A DNA stretch of 64,000 nucleotides from an uncultured Armatimonadia bacterium (lineage in GTDB: Bacteria > Armatimonadota > Zipacnadia > CAVVLO01), in assembly GCA_963749155.1 (NCBI GenBank), contig CAVVLO010000002.1:576001-640000 (forward strand), read 5' to 3'. The notes beneath the pieces are model-generated. The model saw only the letters and a list, made by a program, of their open reading frames with translations, had not been told where the DNA came from and searched no databases. Each line of letters opens with the position of its first letter. Positions within the stretch are counted from its first letter, which is position 1. Positions 49,612 to 60,173 of the stretch are shown here, in pieces. Made by a program: the position numbers and the translations under genes.

Positions 49612-50538
49612 TTATAGCAGTATAGCCAGGATGACGCTGAGCGATATAAAACTCAGCACAGTACTTAAGAACACCGAGGAGGCCTGCAGTTTCGATCTGC
49701 CCCCGAAGGTAAGCACCAGCAGCAAGGTGTTGACCGCCGTCGGCATACTGGCCTCTAGTATCATCGCCTTGGCCATCAAGCCTGTTATCCCAAGGACGCC
49801 GACCAGTAGAAAAGCAATCAGCGGGCCGCCGACAAGCCGCATCAACACGGCCGCAGAAAGCAGGCTGAGTTCTGATTTCTCGATGCCCTGTTTCTGCACG
49901 TTGGCAAGTTCCATTCCCAGGGTGAACAAGGCTACAGGAATAGCCGCCTGCCCCAGCATATCGATGGGGGCAAATACAGGCTCCCAGTTTACCAGTGGTA
50001 TGTGGAACGCTCGCACGAGGATGGCGAAAACCGGCCCGTAGAGCATCGGCGTGGTCACGACCGCCTTCAAGGCTTCGCTGGCTGGCCGGGTGCCCCGGCT
50101 TGCGTAGTAGACAGCGGCGCTGCTGGTCGGGAAGGCGTGAGCGACCAAAAAGAGGATAGCTCGCGCAAGCCCCTCCGGCCCCAAAGCAAAGTTGACCACT
50201 GGAAGGCCATAATTGCCCGAGTTCACGAAAAGTGTGCTCAGGAACATAACAGATTCCTGACTGCGGTCGAGGCGAGACATCACGACAATAGCCTTGGTGG
50301 CTAGCCAGGTCAGGCTATAAAGCAATGCGACGAAAGCCAGGGCGTCCCAGACTTCAGTGGCAGTAAGACTGCTTTTTACTAGAGAGGAAAAAATCAGGCA
50401 GGGTGATAACACGTAGATGCTGAGAGTGGCAATTGGCCGCGTGTCGAGTCGGCGCGCTCGCTGGAGAAAGTAACCTCCCAGCAACACGACCATAACCGGC
50501 CCGAGTACCGAGGCGATTGCTAGAAAGCGCTCAATCAG
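49612..50538 (-). CDS. AEC (auxin efflux carrier/malonate transporter) family permease; start uncertain (CTG 50538 or ATG 50493)
   Basis: About 10 TM helices, 'NSGNYGLP', 'AIPVALFTLG' and 'MPTAVN'. Confidence 0.88.
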   Translation of the reverse strand: MIERFLAIASVLGPVMVVLLGGYFLQRARRLDTRPIATLSIYVLSPCLIFSSLVKSSLTATEVWDALAFVALLYSLTWLATKAIVVMSRLDRSQESVMFLSTLFVNSGNYGLPVVNFALGPEGLARAILFLVAHAFPTSSAAVYYASRGTRPASEALKAVVTTPMLYGPVFAILVRAFHIPLVNWEPVFAPIDMLGQAAIPVALFTLGMELANVQKQGIEKSELSLLSAAVLMRLVGGPLIAFLLVGVLGITGLMAKAMILEASMPTAVNTLLLVLTFGGRSKLQASSVFLSTVLSFISLSVILAILL

Positions 50539-50559
50539 CGGAGTTTCCCTTCCTCTCGA

Positions 50560-51492
50560 TTAGTCTTCATGGCAGATAATCGTCTCGGCGACCGCACGTG
50601 GCTGGCCTCGATGGTCTCCCTGCAGTGTGCCCTCGATGGCGAAAATGCGATTGGACTGGGGACAATGCCAGGCAAAAACCACATACACTCGACTTTTGGA
50701 CAGCCGGAGACTGGTGAAAAGCTTGGCTTTCCCCTTAGCCAGCAAGCCGGAGGGATGACCCACCCACATATAGGCGGGATGCCCGTGAAACTCGAGCTCC
50801 AGCGGATCAACAGGGGCAGTGTATTCCTTCTGTTTGAGGACCAGAGTACCCCAGACCAGGCTTGGCACATCGCCTCGCTCGAGCATCATACTGGCCAGTC
50901 CCCATCGGTGGATGGCGAGTTTTTCTTCCTTGTAATCGAACTTGAAGGACAGCATTGCCGAGAGCAGTTTGGCTTCGGACAGGTCATATTCGGCCGGTAT
51001 GTGGAAATCTATCCCGTAGGTTGCAAATCTGGCCCAGCCGTCATTCGAGTGGTCTTTGACACTCGCAAGGACGCGTTCGGCCACCGGTCGGTAGTGCTCG
51101 CCAGGATAGGCGATAATCTGAGCCTGCACGGCCTTGCCGCACTCCTGACAGTACCACAGCGCGCCGTAGCTGGTCTCTTCTTCGCTTTCTACAATATAAG
51201 TCTTGAGTTGCTTCTTGCCCAGTTTGCGCTTGCTGACAAGGCCTGCCTCATCGTTTATCGTGACATCGCCCTTATACTGCTTGCCAACGCGCTTCTCATA
51301 ATCAGAGAGGGTCTTCTCCAGGTCTACCTCGCGTTTGGGCACCTTCCACTGGATGGCCAGGCGAGGCCTGCCCTCCTCATCATGCGCGGTTATATGGCCA
51401 TCTTTCTTGTCCCGGTTGGCTTTGGACAGCTCCCACTCGGCCGGTACTTCGACCTCAAAGCCTTGCCAGGCCAGCACTTGCCAATCACTCAT
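50560..51492 (-). CDS. Hypothetical cytoplasmic protein with two tandem homologous domains
   Basis: 'WQVLAWQGFEVEVPAEWELS...WYCQECGK...SVKDH' vs 'WARFATYGIDFHIPAEYDLS...WHCPQSNR...TIICH'. Confidence 0.75.
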   Translation of the reverse strand: MSDWQVLAWQGFEVEVPAEWELSKANRDKKDGHITAHDEEGRPRLAIQWKVPKREVDLEKTLSDYEKRVGKQYKGDVTINDEAGLVSKRKLGKKQLKTYIVESEEETSYGALWYCQECGKAVQAQIIAYPGEHYRPVAERVLASVKDHSNDGWARFATYGIDFHIPAEYDLSEAKLLSAMLSFKFDYKEEKLAIHRWGLASMMLERGDVPSLVWGTLVLKQKEYTAPVDPLELEFHGHPAYMWVGHPSGLLAKGKAKLFTSLRLSKSRVYVVFAWHCPQSNRIFAIEGTLQGDHRGQPRAVAETIICHED

Positions 51493-51573
51493 CCAGCTAC
51501 TCCCTTTCCAAGACACGGACGGACGCGAGCTAGCTCGCGCCCGTCCAGGCCAGTGCTTTCATGGGGCAGGCGG

Positions 51574-53562
51574 CTAATAAGGTAACTGGATTACCGCCTG
51601 CGATATCATCGCCACAGCGACCGCGCCCATTCCTATCAAGCCCATCCCGCAGGCGAGTCCCGCCAGCAGGACTGTCGCCCACTGCTTCCACTGCTTCTGC
51701 CCATACTTCTTCTCGAAGTAATAACGCGAGATGAGCGCGCCGATGAGCATTGGCGCCGGACCGCTTGGCACCTGGCCGATACCACCCACGAATCCATAGA
51801 TGAAGAGGATGGGCAGTTTGAACAGCGCAAGCACGACGAAGGAGACCGTCGCAATCGAGAAGCCTGTGAGCATCGCCCAGGGCTTCATAGCCTCCATAAA
51901 CATATCTTTGTTCTCGGTAGTTGCGGTCATCCACAGCGACTGCTGAAGCGCCTGCAGATGCCAGAACTTCTGCGCGTAGGGGTAATAGACCGAGGGTATC
52001 GGCGCCATACGCCACATAAAGGACCAGAAGGCGAAGGACGTAATGAGGATGATTGGGAACATCAAGGCCTCTACCTTGTAAAGGCTTGTGAACTTCGTCC
52101 CAGTCAGCTCTACGACGCGGAAGGTCTGCGCCGTGCCTCCAAAGTCCTGGTAAGGGATTGGGGCGAACCAGATATCCACGCCCTTGTAGCCGCTCATAAT
52201 GAAGCTGGCCTCGCGGATCATCGGGATGCCGACCTGCTGGCCGACAAGTCCGTTAAGGCGCGCGTTAACGTAGGAGATGCCCGGTGTCAGTATGAAGGCG
52301 AACACCAGCAGATACCAGACCGGGAAATCAGGCACCAGTTGAAGTTCGTAATGAAGACCATCAGGACGGTGGCGGTTATCCACATACCCAGCGCGAGCCA
52401 GATAGGGAAGTCGCCTCGACCCGCTGGCGCCGCCATACTGAGCGTTGAAGTGCCGGTTTCTCTTCGTTCTCGACTGCTTGTAATCCAGCTCTTGATAACC
52501 GTGTAGAAGCCGATTATCGCGATAGCGACCGCTGTGCCAATACCGACGCTCATATAGAAGTTAACCGAGTTGGCGAAGGACGTCTGGATGGCGTCCATAC
52601 CAGGCCGCCAGTGCTTGAGCACCTGGTGTTCGAAGAGGAACGGGTTCAGCCACAGCGTGGTGAGCGCCATACAGAAACCGCCGAGGACCGCCCAGAAGGG
52701 CACCACGAAACCGACCAGCAGCGAACCGACATCGGTCGCGATAGGAGTCGGTGTCGCGGGCAGGAAGGTCTCTGTGCTCTGCGTCAGATCCAGGAAAGGA
52801 ATCGGTATGAGCTGCACCGGCTTGCTCATAAAGGTACCGGTAACCGCCGGGATGCCTACATAGAAGGCGCCGAACACGATACCGATCATCGCGCCGATGG
52901 AGAACATCCGCCAGCGCCAGGTTTCTTTCTTGCCGCTAACTTCGGCCAGCGCCATTGCGCCCTGCGCCTGGATGGGCGCGAAGGGGAAGGGCAGCTTCTC
53001 ATAGTCGGAGGTAACCCGGAACAGGAAGTAGCCCATACCAATCCAGGTAAGCCTGCCAATCAGGTTCATCGCCACAAGCAGGATGATTGGGACATATCCA
53101 GTCTTTATGGATAAAGGTGCGATCCAGCAGGGCAGGCGAGTCGGGCGGTGGCACTACCCAGCTTGGGATCTTGTCGGCTATGCCGAAAGCGCGCGCGGCA
53201 TCGGAGCGAACCAGGAACTGGTTCCAGATCATACCCGCGAACGGGCCACCCGAAAGCGCCACGCCGCCCATCATCCCCATCAGGGAGGCGGCCATGTAAT
53301 ACAGGATGTAGATTTCCTGTTTCGTTAGCTGCTGGTAAGACCGGCGAGCTATCTCGGTAAACAGGATGATAGTCGTCCATTCGGCCGCAGCGCCCATGGA
53401 CTGGCCTACCACAAGCCCAAGATAGATGGACCCCGGGAGCATGATAAATCCCAGGAAGAAAGCGCCCGCCACTGTCTTCCAGTTGAAGCCCTCTTTGAAT
53501 TCAGTAGGGACTTCGATTAGATCTCTATATAGTGCAATTTCGTCGTCTATACGAGCTGCCAA
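51574..53562 (-). CDS. OPT-like (oligopeptide transporter family) membrane protein; frameshifts near 53095 and 52345
   Basis: Three ORF pieces join into ~660 aa of polytopic protein: 'LTKQEIYIL', 'YEKLPFPFAPI', 'FRVVELTGT' and 'APIPSVYYP'. Confidence 0.7.
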
Positions 53563-53608
53563 CTACAACCACCCCTTGGCTCGTGGTTAGGCGTGGGTCC
53601 AGGGCGCA

Positions 53609-56600
53609 CTAAGCGCCCTCGACCGCGGGTTCTTCTCCGGCGCCCACTCGGGCCGCGATGGTGCCCTTACGCACCATATCAGCGTAGCGCTCGCGGTCCT
53701 CAGGACTAATCGTCCGCCAAATCAGGAACTGCTTGCGCAGCGTGTTGATAAAGCGACGGTTTACACGCTTCCAACTCGAGACATCACCGCTCTCGCGGTC
53801 AAGTCGCAAGTCAATCTCGAAAACGTCCTTCATGTCGGTTGGTCTGGTGCGCACGAACACCCGCTGGCTTACACCCAGGTCGAAGGGAGCGAGCCAGGCC
53901 ATAAGCTCTATCTCGAAGCCCTCGCCATACTCATGGGTATGCCTGCTGAAGGTCGTGCCTTCGGTTACGAAGTCACCGATAGAGTATTCCTCATAGGCCG
54001 CGAACCACTCTGACAGGAAGGCATTGAGGCCCATCGCCTGATCGCCCGTGACCGAGAAAGGCAGCGGGATAATCCAGGTGTCACCATCGGGATCCGTAAC
54101 CTTCCAGCGGCGCTCTACGCCTGGCGTAGCGACCGAAGAGGCCTTCTTCGCCGGGTAGACTGTAGACAGCAACACTACCGCCATTACGACTACTGTTGCG
54201 ACAATGGCCGCCATTGACGAATAGTTGAGCGAAAGTCCCTCAAGCCAGCCAGTATAGACCGATATCTTGGCTACAACCTGGCCCAATAGATAACCGAGGA
54301 TCGCCCCCATCACCGCGTATACCGTCGACTCGGCGATGAACAACACGCCTACGTGACTTGGCGCCAGGCCGATCGAACCGAAGATGTGGATCTCCTTCGT
54401 CCGCTCGAAAACCGCCCCGAGCATCGTGTTGAGCACGATAAGCGCCGCGATCAGCAGCGGGATAATCAGGTCGGCCATCCCAGTCACCGACTGGGTCGCG
54501 ATCGAGCTGAACTTGAAAGTGCGACCGCCCATACCCGCGTACAGGTTGAAACCGAGACGCTTCATCAGAAGCTGCAGTACGCTGTTAACTTCCTTCGGAG
54601 TAGCGAAGTCGATGGCTACCGACCGCAAGCGTGCCGCCCATGTTGATGAGGGTCTCGTAAGGCAGCACGACGGTCTGGTCGGGCGCCAGATGCAGATACT
54701 CCCGGAAGCCCGCAGATTCGGCGCTTTGGCTGCCGCCGCTCTGCATCCGTTGCATCAGGATGAAGTCTACCGGAGTCAGCATCTCCTCATCCAGGTCGGT
54801 CAGGCGCTTCATTGATTCGTCATTCAGAATGCCGATGACGGTGAAGACCATACCCATTATCTGGATGCGCGCGCTGCCCAGGTTGGCATCAGTCACGCCA
54901 AGTCCAGTGGCGACGCCCCCTGGCAGGACGCAAGTGCGCATCTCGCCGGGTTCAAACCACCTGCCAGAGGCCAGTGTGCTTTCGATCCCGGTGACCCTTA
55001 CTTCCTCCGAACTCAGGCCCACGAGCGACCTGGCGTCATACTTGGCGCCAGTCGAAAGGTTGCTGATTTGCACGAAGGACTGCTCGCCAAGCTCGGCCGC
55101 ATAGAACCAGGCGCGCGGCGAGACCGCCCTGTTTTTAGACGCGAACTCATCGTTCAGGATCTGGAAGGCGCTGGTTTCCAGCGGTCTCCACATCGCATCG
55201 CGCACCATTATGCCGTTGTACAGCGGGATGCCGGGCGAGGGCACCTTGTTCAGGCGGATGGACTGCTCCACCGAGGTGAAGGACAGCACGATGAAGGTTA
55301 CAAGCACCAGCGTCGTCGCCGTCAATATGGTTCTGGCCTTGCGGCGCCTCATATTCGATACGCCCAGGCTGAAGGCCGCCGCCGCAACGCTCATACGCCC
55401 GATGTCGGCGGTGTGGCTGCCGGCAATTGCGCGGTGCATCTCCTTCAACTGCTCTTCGAACTTGTTGATGATGATCGTTATTACCACTGCGGCCAGCACA
55501 ATCATTACAAAGGCCAGCAGCACGATTACAGGGTTCATCGTCAGGTTAAAGGCAGGATGCACGAACCTGAATATGATGAACACTGCACCGAACACCAGGA
55601 GCATCCCGAAAATCTGCTGCTTGATGTCGCGGAAGGCGAACAGCAGCCGTTCCATAAAGAAGGCGAAGGGCAGCAGCAAGGCGAGATAGAACAATACGCC
55701 TTTTACCACGTCATTGGCTGTCTTCTCGACTTCTGGATAGCCACGCGCCTCATAACCCCAGGCTGCCCTGGCGTGCGCACCATATTCGTCGTACCGCAAC
55801 TCGTCAAGCGCCGCCTTGGCTTTCACCAGCTCTTCGGCGCACAGCTCATGCAGGTTGTTGATATTCTTGTTAATGATCCGGAAAGCCGCCAGCTTCTCGA
55901 TACGCATATCATCGAGGTTGTACATATCGGTGGCGACCTTGAGCGGAGTCAGATAGATGCTCGGCCATTGGTCCACGCGGTAGCCGATACCGACTGGATT
56001 GGGCTTCTTCTGGGGATCATCGGGATCAGGCTCGGTCGTATTCAAAAGCAGAAGCCGCTTGGCCGCCGGGCCTGCGCTCATTACTATCTTCAGGCTGTCG
56101 GGATCAGCGACGTGAACGGTGAAAGGCTTACCGTTCTCATCGTGCATTATCTTTTCTTCTTCAGGCTGGCCAAAGACGACCGCCTGCGCGTCCACGTGCG
56201 AGACCCAGGCCTCGGGCTGTGTTATGGCATAACCGAACTTGCGAGGTTCGGTCTCGGTGCGCGCTCTGAATACCGAGATGGCAGACAAAGCCCTCAGCGA
56301 CTGCGGGTCCACCAGCTCGAATAGCTGCATTGGCTGGCACTTGAAGACAACTAGAGTGCAGCCCTTGATACCCGAGGTAATCGGGAACTCCAGCGGATAG
56401 ATGGTAGCGCCCTGCGCGCCCCGGTCAGGCGCATAAGTTATGCCGCCGGTCTTCTCATCCAGCTTGTACGCCTCGAATCGGACGGGGCGTTTCCCATCGT
56501 AGGCATTGGAAGGCGGTATCCCATCCATAGAGAACTCGCCTGTCTCGTTCACCATCTCGATGATGTCGCCTTTTACGCCCATCAGTGTCTTGTTGGAGCT

Positions 56601-58208
56601 GCGATAAACTGCCAGCGATTTCGGGATGGGGCTATCAGGGAAGAAAGAGACCGTCGGGTCAAATTCCACGATACGGCCGTTTACCCGGGCAAAGCCGCCA
56701 GTTACGAAGAGCCGGTCAAAATGCGGCCCTCCACGTACGGGCATACTGGCATCATTCAGTATTTTGTCGAACAGGGCCGCGAGGAAGCGTGTCTGGATAA
56801 GGACGTTCTTGAAGCGGACCTTTTCGAAGGTGTCATAGGGAGTATCTACCGTAGGCCTGGCGTCGTTGGTAGTGACGAAGGCCATCCCCATACCGCCACC
56901 CAGGGTGAACGGCTCGTTGTCGAGAGCTATCTTGCCTGGCAGATACACGCGCCAGGGTTTACCCGCGACAGGGTTGACCGCATCGGAAAAGAGATCCGTT
57001 GGCTCCACGCCCATCGTCAGGGCTATCTGCTCGGAGGTCTCGCGACAGACCCGGGCGAAGTCCGCGAAATCGCGCTGGATATCCTCGCGCTCGTCGTAGA
57101 ACATCCCCTTGTAGAACAGGCCGACGTTCTGGGTCATTGAAGAAATGTCCAGAGCAAGGAAAGCGGCGACTCTGAGACGGTTCTCGTGCAGCTCAGTGTA
57201 ATGTTTACTTATCCAGGCTCGCATACCTGATAACGCCTGGAAATGGCCCGAGGTGGCAAGGAACATCACCGTTCGCGCCGGCTTCTGCGCCTTCACCAGC
57301 TTGGCCAGTTCGAGCATCGCGGCGATGCCCAGGCTGCTCTCGGCCCCAGGAGCCATTGACGGTACGATGGAAGTTGAATCGTAATAAGCCTCGATGATGA
57401 CGACCTGGTCCTTAAGCTGGGGATTGCTGCCGGGCACAACGCCGATGATATTGGTGCCCAGGCGCTTCTCCCAGGGCATCTCGCACTTTACGTTTATCTG
57501 GACATTGGACTGAGAGTTGAGCAGGCTGACAAGATAGTCGGCATCCTCACGCCCGATCAGATAGCGCGGCGTATCAATGGGGATCGAGACAAACTTGGCT
57601 TCGACCTCGCCTCTCAAGGTCTCATCAGGCTCGATGAAGATGACGCCTTTTGCGCCAAGGCGGAAGACGTTTTCCCACTTGTTGCCGCTGTTGAACTCGG
57701 CCAGACAGATACTGCCCTCGACTTTCTTCCCGTTGAATTCGCGCAGTGAGCAACCGCCAGAATAGATGAGCGGGGCGTCAAGGCCCTGGGGAGGAAGCTG
57801 GGGAGTGCGGACCAGGTTGGGGTACAGCGCGTGAAGCTTGATTTTACGATTGACACCTTTGACAGTGAGGTAAGCAGTTTTTTCTACCGGTACTGGCACG
57901 AAAAACTCCTCGCGCCGAACTTCCTGCAGGCCGATGCCCCTCATTTGTTCGTAGATGTAGTCAGCGGCCTTCTGGCATCCAGGGTAGCCTGTATAGCGTG
58001 TCGGCAGGCTTGAGAGATAGCGCACCGTCCCCTTGAGACCGTCCAGGCTAACGGCTGACATTAGCTCGCGGTATTTGCGGGCGGTCGCCTTGTCGATCGC
58101 GGTAGGCTGAGCAAAGGCAGGCGCCACCGCCGTAAACAGCACGGCAAGCAGTACTAGCAGCACCGCGAAGGTAGTTTTCAGAGAAGTCCTCGAATCACAG
58201 AGAGTCAT
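53609..58208 (-). CDS. ~1530-aa fusion: M28-like domain with PA insert + beta-sandwich + TM + MacB/FtsX permease; +1 frameshift near 54630
   Basis: Signal peptide, 'RYTGYPG', PA 'RLGAKGVIFIE', 'NIIGVVPG..IIEAYYDS..PGAES', 'NMRRRKARTILT', 'GRWF' and FtsX 'AVFERTKEIHIFGSIGL'. Confidence 0.8.
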
Positions 58209-58288
58209 ATCGGATAGGCACACCTCTTTACGGACCCGGGGTCGCCCAAAGCCCACCGAGTGGACATACAACGCGCAACGCGGCTGCC

Positions 58289-58318
58289 ACTATAGCACAC
58301 CGCTAAAACCTTGGGCAA
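58289..58318 (-). promoter_or_regulatory. Candidate extended -10 promoter for the M28-FtsX operon
   Basis: TTGCCC-18 nt-TATAGT with TG at the extended position. Confidence 0.45.
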
Positions 58319-58428
58319 CAGCGCCAGCCTTTAGTCCAAGGCGCTCTTGGTTCAGGTATTATTCACCCCCATCAGGGGGTCTCCTCCAGCCGGAACAAAA
58401 ATACCTGTCACGTAAAAAAATGCGAATT

Positions 58429-59184
58429 TCAAGCCTTCATTGCGGCCTTTGCGGTTTGCCAGTTTGCTTCGACAACTGACCAGTTCACCAGGGACCTGGT
58501 AGCCTGGATGAAGTCAGCGCGACGATTTTGATATTTCAAGTAATAGGCATGCTCCCAGACGTCAATTGTGAGCAAGGTCACATACCCGTCAATCTCGGGA
58601 GCATCCTGATTGGGCACTGCGCGAATCCCGAGTTTGCCAAAGGGATCCATCACAAGACAGCCCCAACCCGAGCCGAACTGGCCCAGGCTTGCCGCCGCCA
58701 GTTGCTCCCAGCAGGCGTCTACTGTATTGAACACGCCCTGTAAGGCTGAACGCAATTCGCCCTGAGGCTCTGTGGCCCCACCGCGCGCGAATTGCTCCCA
58801 GAACAGCGAATGCAGCACGTGACTGCCGCCGTTGTTACGCACATCGGTTCTGATGTCGTCGGGTAGCGCGGCCAGATTGCGAAGCAAGGTGAGCAAGTCC
58901 ACCTTGTGCAGAGAGGGATATTTGGCAAGCGCCGCGTTGAGTTTGGTTATATAGGCCTGGTGATGCTTGCCGTGATGGATTTGCACCGTCTGGGCGTCCA
59001 TCCAGGGCTCGAGGGCATCCAGGGCGAAAGGCAGCTCGGGTAATTTATAAGGATAAGTAGCCTTTTCAACCTCGGCGCCAAAGACTGGCAGTCCCCCTGT
59101 TGCAAGCAACGTGGCCCCTGCCGCAAGCCCTGTCAGCAGTTGGCCTCTTGTAATCAACTTGCCCGTTTGATCTTGAGCCTCCAT
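58429..59184 (-). CDS. sodA: Fe/Mn superoxide dismutase (Mn-like signature) with Tat-like leader
   Basis: 'HHGKHH', 'NNGGSHVLHSLFW', 'FGSGW', 'NQD' and 'DVWEHAYY'. N-terminal 'ITRGQLL' followed by a hydrophobic stretch. Confidence 0.9.
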   Translation of the reverse strand: MEAQDQTGKLITRGQLLTGLAAGATLLATGGLPVFGAEVEKATYPYKLPELPFALDALEPWMDAQTVQIHHGKHHQAYITKLNAALAKYPSLHKVDLLTLLRNLAALPDDIRTDVRNNGGSHVLHSLFWEQFARGGATEPQGELRSALQGVFNTVDACWEQLAAASLGQFGSGWGCLVMDPFGKLGIRAVPNQDAPEIDGYVTLLTIDVWEHAYYLKYQNRRADFIQATRSLVNWSVVEANWQTAKAAMKA

Positions 59185-59293
59185 TTACGCCACCTCCAGC
59201 AGGCCATATGGCCTTTCTGTTTGTACCCTTCGCCTTAGGAGCCTGCGAACCTGCCCGGTTGCCCCTGCTTTGAAACTTCCTCTCTGGCTCACG

Positions 59294-59331
59294 GTCAACG
59301 CGTTGACTTGCCGTCAATACCTGAATACAAT
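59294..59331 (+). promoter_or_regulatory. Sigma70 promoter with overlapping inverted repeats
   Basis: TTGACT(59303)-17-TACAAT(59326). Palindrome GTCAACGCGTTGAC (59294-59307) and TTGAC-N5-GTCAA (59303-59317). Confidence 0.65.
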
Positions 59332-59361
59332 AAATCGTACTACGGACCGTAGGTGAGGCAT

Positions 59362-60114
59362 ATGCCCAGAGTAATATCCACCATGCTAGTGTTCGGGATA
59401 CTCCTGCTTGTTATTTCGGCCTGCTTCGCTGCGCCTGGCCAGAATCTCCTGGCTTCCAAACTGGGCGGCAAAGTAGTCAGTTTCACAAGCCAGTTTTACC
59501 TGCCCGAGATTGGCGAGGACTGGTCGGCCAACAATCTCATTGATGGCGGCACGATTACCAAAGGCTGGTCTTCGGAGGCGGCAACCTTCCCCCAGCAGTT
59601 GGTCTTCGCCTTCAACGATGAAATCGAGAACGTCATTTCGGCGGCGATGCTCGACCCGCGCACAGCTGATCCCTCGGCTCTTGGGCGTGGCGTGAAGGAT
59701 TTCGAGCTACTCATTGCCACTGAAGTAGATGGCCCCTGGACCAGGGTTGGCGTCTTCACGATGACCGAAACCCAGCGCCCGCAGGTTTTCACCTTTAGCC
59801 CCATCAAGGCGCGCTATGTCAAACTGTCCATCCTGTCCAACCAGGGCAGCACCAGTATGGTCGAGCTTGGTGAATTCGGTGTTTACCACTCAGCCGAGGA
59901 TATGACAGCTCCTACCAGCAGTGGCACGGGCGGCACTGGAGCGCAGATTGTGCCCGGTGATGTCGCGGGCAGGCTGGATGACCTTATAACTCGACTGCAG
60001 GCTCTGATTGATGAACTGCGTCTGCTGCGTACCCAGTACAAGGTTGGCGACGAAACGGTCGGCGCTCAACTCGACGATATCGAGGCGATTGCTGACTCGC
60101 TAGTCGGCAGCTAA
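59362..60114 (+). CDS. Secreted discoidin (F5/8 type C) domain protein with C-terminal helical tail
   Basis: Signal peptide and 'WSANNLIDG...GWSS...FPQQL...KDFEL...ARYVKLSILSNQG...LGEF'. Confidence 0.8.
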   Translation: MPRVISTMLVFGILLLVISACFAAPGQNLLASKLGGKVVSFTSQFYLPEIGEDWSANNLIDGGTITKGWSSEAATFPQQLVFAFNDEIENVISAAMLDPRTADPSALGRGVKDFELLIATEVDGPWTRVGVFTMTETQRPQVFTFSPIKARYVKLSILSNQGSTSMVELGEFGVYHSAEDMTAPTSSGTGGTGAQIVPGDVAGRLDDLITRLQALIDELRLLRTQYKVGDETVGAQLDDIEAIADSLVGS

Positions 60115-60133
60115 CGTTCCTTTTCAACAGAAT

Positions 60134-60162
60134 AAAAAAAGCCGGGCTTCGGCCCGGCTTTT
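60134..60162. terminator. Bidirectional intrinsic terminator
   Basis: AAAAAAA-GCCGGGC-TTCG-GCCCGGC-TTTT between convergent genes. Confidence 0.85.
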
Positions 60163-60173
60163 GCTTTGGAAGG

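Noticed and set aside
2985..54635. Programmed ribosomal frameshifting or pseudogene calls for split ORFs
   Set aside because: There is no shared slippery motif. The insertion bias and hits in core genes favour sequencing error.
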